Notes: generated from the letters alone by a model not told the origin. DNA of 46,625 nt from an uncultured Eubacteriales bacterium (GCA_900318545.1 ONLC01000001.1:1-46625), one strand, 5' to 3'. Shown: positions 17,081 through 25,286, counted from the first letter of the stretch. Made by a program: numbers and translations.

Positions 17081-18025
17081 TCAGCCCGAACGGAATAGCA
17101 TTACTCTTCCGCTTTCCTCATCGAGCTCGGCTTTGATCTTATCTCCGCCCTTTATCCCGAGCTTCTCAAGAAACTCCTTCGGCAGCTGTACTCTTCCCGA
17201 ACGGTCAAGCACCAGCAGCTCCTCATGTACAGGCTCCTCCTGCTCCTCCTCAACGAGAACTATATCTCCCATTTCGTTGAGCTCTTCAACGTAGGAGCGT
17301 TTTCTCACTATCTCGGAGCTTGTTCGCCCGTCTCTTATAGCCACGACCCTGTCGATATGGTTCGCAAGCTTAACATCGTGCGTAACAATGACCACCGTCA
17401 CGCCGTCACTTTTGTTAAGGTCCTTGAAAATATCGAGGATCATATTTGAGGTCTTCGTATCGACCGAGCCCGTAGGCTCATCAGCCAGCAGCAATCTCGG
17501 GTCATTCGCCATAGCGATCGCTATCGCCACCCTCTGCTGCTCACCTCCTGACATCTGGTCAAGCCTTGAATTTTTTCTCTTCAAAAGCCCTACCCTGTCA
17601 AGAAGTTCCAGCGCCTTCTGCCGCTTTTTGTGAGCTCCGTTCAGAAGCATCGGCAGCTCAACATTCTGCACTGCCGTAAGATACGGCACAAGGTTTCTCG
17701 CATTGTTCTGCCAGACAAAGCCGACAGTTCTGCGTTTATACTCCATATAATCCCTGTCAGTGAATTTGAGAAGATTTTTCCCGTCCACGTAAAGGCTTCC
17801 CGCCGAGGGCTTATCCAGTCCTCCGAGCATATTCAGCAGCGTTGATTTTCCGCTTCCCGAATTTCCCACGATAGCCATAAGCTCGCCTTTTTTTACATCA
17901 AGGTCAAGTCCCTGCAGAGCCACGACCTCAACATCTGCGGTCTTATAAATTTTTACGAGATTTTCACATCGGATCATATATTCATCATTTTCAGCGGTTA
18001 CAATAGTATCAACGGAATCACTCAA
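17081..18025 (-). CDS. ABC ATP-binding protein (LolD/MacB-type) with a C-terminal AbrB/MazE-like domain
   Basis: GNSGSGKST, MSGGEQQRVAIA, LADEPTG, VTHD; C-terminal LDRSGRVQLPKEFLEKLGIKGGD. Confidence 0.88.
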   Translation of the reverse strand: MSDSVDTIVTAENDEYMIRCENLVKIYKTADVEVVALQGLDLDVKKGELMAIVGNSGSGKSTLLNMLGGLDKPSAGSLYVDGKNLLKFTDRDYMEYKRRTVGFVWQNNARNLVPYLTAVQNVELPMLLNGAHKKRQKALELLDRVGLLKRKNSRLDQMSGGEQQRVAIAIAMANDPRLLLADEPTGSVDTKTSNMILDIFKDLNKSDGVTVVIVTHDVKLANHIDRVVAIRDGRTSSEIVRKRSYVEELNEMGDIVLVEEEQEEPVHEELLVLDRSGRVQLPKEFLEKLGIKGGDKIKAELDEESGRVMLFRSG

Positions 18026-18695
18026 CTATCTCACCGTCCTCAAGCGTATAGACCCTGTCTGCAATATCCATCATGCTCGGGTCATGCGTTGTCATAACGA
18101 TAGTCATGCCCTCGTTTGCGACAAGCTCCTTGAAAAGCTTCACAATATGCAGAGCCGTGTTCGTATCAAGCTCAGCGGTAGGCTCATCGGCGAAAACTAT
18201 CTTCGGCCTGTGAGCTATCGCCCTTGCGATTGCCACTCTCTGCTGTTCACCTCCCGACATCTCGGAAGGTCTGTGCACAGCCCTTTTCTCGAGTCCCACA
18301 TTCCTGAGGCAGTCCTTTGTTCTCTTATCTCTCTGAGCATAAGGGAACTTCGCAAGCCTGAGCCCGAACTCAACGTTCTCATAGGCGGTCATTCCCGACA
18401 TCAGAGCCACAGACTGAAACACAAAAGCCATCTCATACCGTCTGATGTTATCCCTCGCCCTTTCGGAGAGCTTGGTTATATCCCTCTCCCCGAAGAACAC
18501 ATTTCCCCTTGTAGGCTTATCAAGAGCACCCAGAATATTAATAAGGGTGGTCTTTCCGCTTCCCGAGCGTCCTCTGAGGATAGTTAGCTTTCCCTGCTCT
18601 ATTTCTATATTGATATTTTTCAAAGCAGAGACTATGCTTCCGTCACCGATCTTGAAATCACGGTTTACGCCTCTGGCAGATAGTATAACACTCAT
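18018..18695 (-). CDS. ABC ATP-binding protein (LolD/MacB-type)
   Basis: GRSGSGKTT, HRPSEMSGGEQQRVAIARA, DEPTAELD, TTHD; GAGAGG RBS; overlaps the downstream ATPase. Confidence 0.9.
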   Translation of the reverse strand: MSVILSARGVNRDFKIGDGSIVSALKNINIEIEQGKLTILRGRSGSGKTTLINILGALDKPTRGNVFFGERDITKLSERARDNIRRYEMAFVFQSVALMSGMTAYENVEFGLRLAKFPYAQRDKRTKDCLRNVGLEKRAVHRPSEMSGGEQQRVAIARAIAHRPKIVFADEPTAELDTNTALHIVKLFKELVANEGMTIVMTTHDPSMMDIADRVYTLEDGEIVE

Positions 18696-18874
18696 AGGCT
18701 TGCCTCTCAGGGTCATGCTTTTTCTTATGCTTTGTGCAAAATTCACATTGAGCTTTACGGAGATTTCTCTTTAAGCTTTTATGTACAAAATGCTCAAAAA
18801 TGAACTTATCCGTCTGAACAATAGTCACAATAATTCATAAAAAATGTACATAAGGGGTCATTATGCTAATCTTA

Positions 18875-18903
18875 ATTATATCAATTTACTGATAATTTGT
18901 CAA
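18875..18903 (-). promoter_or_regulatory. Consensus sigma-A promoter for the ATPase pair
   Basis: TTGACA-N17-TATAAT perfect match, preceded by TG. Confidence 0.8.
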
Positions 18904-19322
18904 GGTTAGTTAATCGTTTACGAAACACCTTTTTTCGGCATTGTTTCCAATTTCGGCATTTTTAACAAAAGCCAACTTTAGCTTTTGTACACATAAACGA
19001 ATCAACGAAACAATACTTTTTTATAGTTTCAAATATTCGTCAAATTTTCTATCAATTAATAATTTTTTTACTTACTCAAAGGAGCGATTTCACGGTTTCG
19101 TTGTTTTCGTTTTCGTGCGGTACTCCCCTTGGCAGCAGCCCCGACTCACAGAAGCAACATTTATTTATCGTATTTTCTCCGTCTAAAAAACATTAAAAAT
19201 TGTCAGAACTATCATTTAATTATCACATTGGAGGATATAATAAAATATAGTCAAGCAAGACAGGGCAAAACGGACAGACAGCCCGCACAACTCCGTCTTT
19301 TACATATTCAGGAGGCATTTTT

Positions 19323-20789
19323 ATGAACGACTACAGAAATGATTACAACTACACAGGACAGACAGACTCAGACCGTGACCGCTACTCTTACGGTCAGGAT
19401 AATTCAGCCTACAGCCAGCAGTACAGCTCCTACACACAGAATGCAAGAAGCGAGTACAGCTACCAGCCAAAGAAAAAGAGCACCGCAGGCAAAAAGATAC
19501 TCACAGGCATCATCGCAGTGCTGAGCGTGGGAGCTATCGCTACTACATCTATTGTGGGATACACCCTCATAACAGGTGACAGAGTGATCTCCTCCGGTGA
19601 CTCAGAGAGCGAAAGCTCCAAGAAGACAGAGACTGTTTCCGCAAAGGCCAAGTCCTCGGTGGACAGAACAAATCTCCCGACTATCCAGCAGCTCTCAACT
19701 CCGAGCGATGCACTTACTATCCCCGAGATAGTTGATAAGGTATCGCCCTCGGTTGTCGGCATCTCATGTGTACTGCCGAACGGCATGGCTACAGGCTCGG
19801 GCATAATAATGAGCGAGGACGGCTACATTCTTACAAACGCTCACGTTGTTGAGGAAGCACAGGAGATAAGCGTAGTGCTTCCGAGCAACTATTCAAATTC
19901 CGATGAGACCTCGGATTCGGGCAATTCAACAAACTCAGACTCAAGCGAGGATAACCTCACCTACACAGCAGAGCTTGTCGGTGCTGACAATCAGACAGAT
20001 ATCGCAGTTCTGAAGATCAAGGCAGATGGACTTACAGCCGCAGAGTTCGGCACCTCGTCAGACCTTCAGATAGGTGAAGCTGCTATCGTTATCGGAAATC
20101 CTGTAAGCCTGTCGCTTGCAAACTCCGTAACAGCAGGTATCATCTCAGCCACAGACAGAACCCTCACCATTGAGGACAGAACAATAAACTATATCCAGAC
20201 AGATGCCGCTATCAACGGCGGTAACTCGGGCGGACCGCTCATCAACGCTTACGGTCAGGTAATAGGCATTGCATCGGCAAGAGTTGACGCATCGGTTGCA
20301 GACAGCCTGTGCTTCGCTATCCCGATAGATGATGCTCTCCCGATTGTTGATGACCTGATGAAGAACGGCTATGTTACAGGCAGACCGAGCCTAGGTGTAA
20401 CAGGTGCCAATGTATCCAGTGCTTATGCATCATACTACGGCATACCTCAGGGCTTCCTTGTAAGAGGTGTTACAAAGGGCGGCGGAGCTGAGGCCGCAGG
20501 CATTCAGGAAAATGATATAATCATCGGCATTGAGGATCAGTTCATAACAAACCTTGCCGAGCTCAATGAGGTCAAAAACAAGTTCAAGGTAGGCGACACA
20601 GTAAACCTTACTATCTACAGAAACGGCAAGAAGATCAGCGTTGACGTTGTCCTCGGTGAATCTACAGCTGAATCCGTAACTCAGGAGCAGCAGAACGAGG
20701 AACAGCAGCAGAACTACAACAACTACTATGATTATTACGGCGGCAACAACGGCGGACTCGGCCAGTACTACGGCGGCTGGGGCTTCTGA
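19323..20789 (+). CDS. htrA: HtrA/DegP-family serine protease with PDZ domain
   Basis: TM helix; TNAHVV, TDIAVLK, IQTDAAINGGNSGGPL triad motifs; PDZ domain AGIQENDII. Confidence 0.93.
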   Translation: MNDYRNDYNYTGQTDSDRDRYSYGQDNSAYSQQYSSYTQNARSEYSYQPKKKSTAGKKILTGIIAVLSVGAIATTSIVGYTLITGDRVISSGDSESESSKKTETVSAKAKSSVDRTNLPTIQQLSTPSDALTIPEIVDKVSPSVVGISCVLPNGMATGSGIIMSEDGYILTNAHVVEEAQEISVVLPSNYSNSDETSDSGNSTNSDSSEDNLTYTAELVGADNQTDIAVLKIKADGLTAAEFGTSSDLQIGEAAIVIGNPVSLSLANSVTAGIISATDRTLTIEDRTINYIQTDAAINGGNSGGPLINAYGQVIGIASARVDASVADSLCFAIPIDDALPIVDDLMKNGYVTGRPSLGVTGANVSSAYASYYGIPQGFLVRGVTKGGGAEAAGIQENDIIIGIEDQFITNLAELNEVKNKFKVGDTVNLTIYRNGKKISVDVVLGESTAESVTQEQQNEEQQQNYNNYYDYYGGNNGGLGQYYGGWGF

Positions 20790-20839
20790 TACCGCAGATA
20801 AATAAGCTGTTTTCATATTTTTCATATTCTATACTTCCG

Positions 20840-20877
20840 ACAGGAGCCGTTCACAAGCTGAGCGGCTTTTGTTGTTT
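20840..20877 (+). terminator. Intrinsic terminator after htrA
   Basis: GGAGCCGTTCA-caagc-TGAGCGGCTTT followed by a T-rich tract. Confidence 0.7.
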
Positions 20878-20885
20878 CGGGGGCA

Positions 20886-20914
20886 TTGACAAAGGAAGAG
20901 AAAAGGTGTATTAT
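20886..20914 (+). promoter_or_regulatory. Sigma-A promoter
   Basis: TTGACA-N17-TATTAT. Confidence 0.7.
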
Positions 20915-20946
20915 TTAAGATATTATATATCGGAAAAGGTGAAACA

Positions 20947-21711
20947 ATGGCAAAAGTATGTAAGTCCTGCGGTGAGATGTACAGCGGCAAGTACTGTGAC
21001 AAATGCGGTTACGGCAACCCTGCCCTGAAAAACTCCAAAGCTGCACAGAAATATAAAAAAGCCACCAAGCCCGAGCGTTTCCGCTCTGAGGAGGATAAGG
21101 CTGTTTACGCAAAATGGGAAAAAGAACGCCGTGAGGCCAGACAGAAAAACCGAAACTACGACAAGAACGCCGGTGTCAAAACACTTATCATAGTGGCTGT
21201 GGTGTTTGTGTGCGTGGTACTGGCTGTGCTATGGCAGAGCGGCATCATCTTCAAGAGCGATAAGCGTGATGTAGTGAAGCAGTATTTCAGCTCTATACAG
21301 AACAGCGATTTTGATAGATTTATCGACTGCTTCCCCTCCGACATGAAGGACGAGTACGAGCAGCAGAGAAAAGAAGGCGGCTACTCAAAGGAGCAGGTAA
21401 TGAAGGAGGTACTCTACTCCCACTTTATCGAGCAGTACGGAGAGGGCTACACCATAAGCGTTGAGTTCGGCAAGGAAACAAAGCTCGACAAGGACGACTA
21501 CGACCTCAGTGAGTATAAGAAGTCCTACGGCAAGACTCCAAGCATAAGCGAGGCTTATGAGCTTGTGGTAAATATAACGTTCAGGGGCACCAAGGACACT
21601 CAGGACGCTAAGCTGTACGTATATGTCGGAAAGGTGGGCAGGAGCTGGAAGATCTTCGGTATGACTGAGGACAGCGGAATGCTCCTTGACAGCAGAACAG
21701 ACGATGAATAG
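20947..21711 (+). CDS. Hypothetical membrane protein with an N-terminal zinc ribbon
   Basis: CKSCG...CDKCG, one TM helix, extracellular C-terminal domain ending in WKI. Confidence 0.8.
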   Translation: MAKVCKSCGEMYSGKYCDKCGYGNPALKNSKAAQKYKKATKPERFRSEEDKAVYAKWEKERREARQKNRNYDKNAGVKTLIIVAVVFVCVVLAVLWQSGIIFKSDKRDVVKQYFSSIQNSDFDRFIDCFPSDMKDEYEQQRKEGGYSKEQVMKEVLYSHFIEQYGEGYTISVEFGKETKLDKDDYDLSEYKKSYGKTPSISEAYELVVNITFRGTKDTQDAKLYVYVGKVGRSWKIFGMTEDSGMLLDSRTDDE

Positions 21712-21712
21712 G

Positions 21713-21741
21713 AAAACTCCCCGACTATCGGGGAGTTTTTT
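21713..21741 (+). terminator. Intrinsic terminator (hairpin copy 1)
   Basis: AAAACTCCCCGA-cta-TCGGGGAGTTTT plus T tract. Confidence 0.85.
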
Positions 21742-21746
21742 ATAAA

Positions 21747-21790
21747 ATTGCAGGCAGGTGCTTGCAATTGCTTGCAATATGTGTTATAAT
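21747..21790 (+). promoter_or_regulatory. Toxin-antitoxin promoter with three 10-bp operator-like boxes
   Basis: TTGCAA(21762)-N17-TATAAT(21785) with extended TG. TGCTTGCAAT at 21759 and 21769, plus an inverted ATTGCAGGCA at 21747. Confidence 0.7.
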
Positions 21791-21810
21791 AGGGTAAAGG
21801 AGATGATTTT

Positions 21811-22116
21811 ATGGCAAACACATCAGCAGTTTACGCAAGGATAGATAACGAACTCAAGGAAAACGCAGAGAGCATACTCGCCAAGCTCGGGATAACGCCC
21901 TCGGCAGCAATACAGATGCTCTACAGCCAGATCGTTCTGCAAAACGGAATGCCCTTTGAGGCAAAGCTTCCCTACGAAAAGCCCATAGCCTGGGGAGCTC
22001 TAACCCCCGAGGAGCAGGCAGCAGAGATACAGAAGGGGCTGGATGATGTCAGGAACGGCAACGTGATCCCATTTGAGGAGTTTAAAAAGCAAATGAAGAA
22101 GGCGGACACGTTATGA
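21811..22116 (+). CDS. Type II antitoxin, RelB/DinJ family
   Basis: VYARIDNELKENAESILAKLGITPSAAIQMLYSQIVLQNGMPF (RHH RelB/DinJ pattern). Confidence 0.88.
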   Translation: MANTSAVYARIDNELKENAESILAKLGITPSAAIQMLYSQIVLQNGMPFEAKLPYEKPIAWGALTPEEQAAEIQKGLDDVRNGNVIPFEEFKKQMKKADTL

Positions 22117-22409
22117 GCTGGTCGATCTATATTACGAACAAAGCAAGTTCTGATTTCGCTGAGATATATAACTATATCTTTTATGTTCTCAAAGCGCCCC
22201 AAGCCGCAGAAAGACTATCCGATAAGATCATAGAAATGATCGATGCTCTTTCAGACTTCCCCAAAATATACCCTACAGCAGAAAACGGTATCAGGAAAAT
22301 GCCGGTTGATAATTACCTTGTTTTCTATGAGCTTAACGAAAGCCAGCGTATTATCAGCATCACCAGAATAGTCTACGGCGGCACCGACCTTTCACAAATG
22401 AACAGATAA
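22113..22409 (+). CDS. Type II toxin, RelE/ParE family
   Basis: ATGA overlap with the antitoxin; ASSDFAEIYNYI...RKMPVDNYLVFY...ITRIVYG. Confidence 0.88.
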   Translation: MSWSIYITNKASSDFAEIYNYIFYVLKAPQAAERLSDKIIEMIDALSDFPKIYPTAENGIRKMPVDNYLVFYELNESQRIISITRIVYGGTDLSQMNR

Positions 22410-22410
22410 G

Positions 22411-22436
22411 GAAACTCCCCGAGCACTCGGGGAGTT
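22411..22436. repeat. 26-bp palindromic direct repeat, left copy
   Basis: GAAACTCCCCGAGCACTCGGGGAGTT, identical to 22599-22624. Confidence 0.95.
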
Positions 22437-22598
22437 TGAGCTTGTTGCAAAAGTCCTTTTAAACGGGGTCTGGGGCGTAGCCCCAGTGGGGCAAAGGGGC
22501 GAAGCCCCCTCTCTCCCACCGCCCGAGGCGGTGACGAGCGAAGCCGAGGAACACGCCGAGGGCTGATTCTGCACTGTTTTTTAGTTTATCGACAGACT
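22437..22598. mobile_element. Non-autonomous MITE-like insertion (about 160 bp)
   Basis: Bounded by an exact 26-bp duplication; imperfect terminal inverted repeats; internal GC-rich hairpins; no convincing ORF. Confidence 0.65.
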
Positions 22599-22624
22599 GA
22601 AACTCCCCGAGCACTCGGGGAGTT
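22599..22624. repeat. 26-bp palindromic direct repeat, right copy (also a terminator)
   Basis: GAAACTCCCCGAGCACTCGGGGAGTT followed by CCTTTTT. Confidence 0.95.
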
Positions 22625-22629
22625 CCTTT

Positions 22630-23952
22630 TTATGCCTTTGCTTTGTTCTTTTTCTTTCCTTCCTTTTTGCCGCCAAGGCTCATTGTGAAGATCTTGTCGC
22701 TCATAAAGATCGAAAGTGCTATCTTCATGCAGACTGCTAAGAATATCAGCTGATAGATCAGTCCGCCGATGTACACCGCTGTGTTTGAAAACATTACGTT
22801 CTCGGTCGCTGTAAAGGTGTGCGAGAAGGGTATCACATAAACGATAGCCCTCAGTGCCATAGGAAGAGAGCCTATATCAGTCATCAGCGACAGGAAATAC
22901 GGCACCATTGCAGAGAAGTTTATCGGCATAAGGAGCGTCTGTGCCGACTTTGCGTCCTTGGCAAGAACTCCGAGAATAAGTGCTACAGACAATGCGATAA
23001 GTATGGAGAGAAACATCTGAATACCTATCAGAACATACTGCCCTAAAGACAGGCTCAGACCAAGGTTTCTAAGTGACTTCTCAAACTTATCGGCATCAAG
23101 TCCCGAGCCGTCTACCATTCCGCCCATCATTCTGCTCATACCGAACATAAAGCATACAGCCTGAAGTATAGATACTACCGCCGCCGACAGGGTCTTTGCC
23201 GCAAGCACCGAAAATCTCGACACCGGGGCCGAAAGCAGAGTTTCAAGTGTTTTGTCTATCTTCTCTGTAGCCATAGCATTCAGTATCATCTGAGATGCAA
23301 ACATTATCAGCAGGAACAGTATGATAGGCACTACCATGTTCTGCGTTGCACAGATCGACATAATAGCATTGCTGCTTATCTCCTCCTGCTTGTCACCGAT
23401 AACGGTCATTTCCTTGAGCTCTACAGGATTTTCAAGCTGAGCTATCTCGTCCTGCGTGATATCACCCTGACTAAGCTTTTCACTGTAGATAGTTGACTTT
23501 ACCGCCTCGGAAAATGCTTCAAAGGCTGCCGTTGAGCCTGTATTCAGGTTTGACATCATCGCAAGAGAGGTCATTCTCTGAACAAAGATTATCTGTGCTT
23601 TCTTGTGCTCACTTGCAAGCACAGTAAAGCCCTCGGGAATGATGATAACCTGCTTCTGATCTATCCTTTTGAGCTCCTTGGAGTAGTTATCAGACTTTAT
23701 CTCCACCTCGGTAAACTTACCGTCATTCTCCTCGGTGTTCTTTTTGAGAGCCGCGATCACATTGCCTGTAAAATCAGTCTTATCCATATCGCAGATGACA
23801 ATATCACCGCTCTTTTTGACGCTCTCGGTTATGGAGCTTGAAAAAAGATTGCCCACCACCAGCAGACAAACTACTATACCAACCATAGTAAGTATCGTCT
23901 GTGCATTGAGCATATCACGAAGCTCCTTTTTAAAAAGACTAAAGAACTTCAC
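22630..23952 (-). CDS. ABC-2 type exporter permease (NatB-like)
   Basis: LFKKELRDML; TEKIDKTLETLLSAPVSR; large extracellular loop plus TM helices. Confidence 0.85.
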   Translation of the reverse strand: MKFFSLFKKELRDMLNAQTILTMVGIVVCLLVVGNLFSSSITESVKKSGDIVICDMDKTDFTGNVIAALKKNTEENDGKFTEVEIKSDNYSKELKRIDQKQVIIIPEGFTVLASEHKKAQIIFVQRMTSLAMMSNLNTGSTAAFEAFSEAVKSTIYSEKLSQGDITQDEIAQLENPVELKEMTVIGDKQEEISSNAIMSICATQNMVVPIILFLLIMFASQMILNAMATEKIDKTLETLLSAPVSRFSVLAAKTLSAAVVSILQAVCFMFGMSRMMGGMVDGSGLDADKFEKSLRNLGLSLSLGQYVLIGIQMFLSILIALSVALILGVLAKDAKSAQTLLMPINFSAMVPYFLSLMTDIGSLPMALRAIVYVIPFSHTFTATENVMFSNTAVYIGGLIYQLIFLAVCMKIALSIFMSDKIFTMSLGGKKEGKKKNKAKA

Positions 23953-24679
23953 GGAGCTTCACCACCTTTTCAAATACCTCCTCGAGGTTTCTTGCCTCGT
24001 ACTTTTTGACAAGCTCCCCGGGAGTTCCCGTTTCAAGGAGCATTCCCTTTGCAATTATTCCCACTCTGTCGGAAACAAACTCTATCTCCAGCATATTGTG
24101 CGACGAAAGCAGAAAGCTCATACCCTCAGAGGCAAGCCTTCTGATAGTACGCCTTATTTCAAGAGCATTAAGTATATCAAGCCCCGAGGTAGGCTCATCA
24201 AGTATAGCCAGATCGGGCTTCGGCATAATAGCCCTTGCCAGCAGAAGCTTTCTCTGCATACCCCTCGAGTAGCTCGATATCTTATCATCAAGCCTGTCGC
24301 CAAGCTCCGCTATCTCAGCTCCCCTGACAACATAGTCGTAAACATTCTCGCCCTTTTTAGCGTACATAGACGCCATAAATTCAAGATACGCCTTTCCCGT
24401 CATATTCTTGTAGGCACCTGCCTCGTCAGGCAGATAGGTTATGCACTCCCTTACCTTATCAGGCTCCGTCAGTATGCTGTGACCGCTCACCACAGCATCT
24501 CCCTCTGTCGTTTTGAGAAGCGTTGCTATCGTTCTGATAGTAGTGGTCTTGCCTGCACCGTTCGGCCCGATAAGTGCAAAGATCTCGCCCTTTTCAATGT
24601 CAAAGCTCACATTTTGAGATGCATATACGCCCTTGACATACTGCTTTCCGAGACCCTTGACTTCAAGTACCTTGCTCAT
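23939..24679 (-). CDS. ABC exporter ATP-binding protein (NatA-like)
   Basis: GPNGAGKTT, YSRGMQRKL, LDEPTSGLD, SSHNM. Confidence 0.9.
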   Translation of the reverse strand: MSKVLEVKGLGKQYVKGVYASQNVSFDIEKGEIFALIGPNGAGKTTTIRTIATLLKTTEGDAVVSGHSILTEPDKVRECITYLPDEAGAYKNMTGKAYLEFMASMYAKKGENVYDYVVRGAEIAELGDRLDDKISSYSRGMQRKLLLARAIMPKPDLAILDEPTSGLDILNALEIRRTIRRLASEGMSFLLSSHNMLEIEFVSDRVGIIAKGMLLETGTPGELVKKYEARNLEEVFEKVVKLREVL

Positions 24680-24722
24680 AAGGCTTTACCTCCCTTTCCT
24701 TACTTTATTACAGTACCTTGTT

Positions 24723-24751
24723 AGTATATCACAGTTATTATAATATGTCAA
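24723..24751 (-). promoter_or_regulatory. Sigma-A promoter of the exporter operon
   Basis: TTGACA-N17-TATACT with extended TG on the minus strand. Confidence 0.75.
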
Positions 24752-24948
24752 CATATTTTAATAATTTAATGACACGCCCTCAAAAACCCGTATCTGCGTG
24801 CTCTCCGAGGTCATAGAAATCTTACGTCAAGGTTACAGGGCTTGCCGGAAGGGCTCTTAACAGGCATTTTTGCAGTACTGAAATTCGGACTTGAAACTTT
24901 TTTCACAGTTATTTTTTTGATACCGAATTGTAACAAAAAACGGACAGA

Positions 24949-25060
24949 TGTTGAAAATTTAACAATCAGCATCGGGCAAACCACGAAAAACCAGTGAGTT
25001 TTTAACACTTTCAACAGACTTTTCAACATTTTTGAGACTTTTCAACCCTGACTTTCAACT
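24949..25060. repeat. Cluster of (T/C)TTTCAAC motifs
   Basis: Copies at 25008, 25020, 25039 and 25052, plus an inverted copy at 24949-24957. Confidence 0.6.
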
Positions 25061-25286
25061 GTCCAAAAAAATTCTTGTTACCGTTTTGTAATTTCTTGTA
25101 ATATCTGATGGCACGGTGATGCTTGTGCAAGTTTGCTAAAGAGGAAGTGATAAATTCGTGAAAAAAGATCACCGCAAGTTTAGCTCACGCTGTTTACAAA
25201 AGAGGCAAAATGTGCTAAAATAAAGGTATACAAACATTTCGACCCGAATTTAAGGAAGGAGGAAGCTTCCCTCGGAAGCAAGAAAA

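Noticed and set aside
19042-19212. CodY boxes upstream of htrA
   Set aside because: Three to four mismatches in very AT-rich DNA; not distinguishable from chance.
18941-19326. Short ORFs in intergenic regions (18941-19186, 19129-19326; also 24811-25029, 32943-33326)
   Set aside because: AT-rich, no convincing RBS, and they overlap promoter elements or real genes.
22392-22574. 60-aa ORF inside the MITE-like element
   Set aside because: No RBS or transposase similarity; it is a by-product of GC-rich hairpins.
21713-22624. Three similar palindromic repeats as a CRISPR array
   Set aside because: Spacing is irregular (about 670 and 160 bp), one interval contains genes, and there are no cas genes. 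They are terminator-like hairpins.
23735-24724. 329-aa plus-strand ORF
   Set aside because: Antisense shadow of the clear ABC ATPase and permease genes; no recognisable motifs.
24771-24866. Twister or pistol ribozyme, suggested by AAGCCC and GAGGG segments
   Set aside because: The required order of stems and pseudoknot partners could not be built by eye; kept only as an unknown structured candidate.
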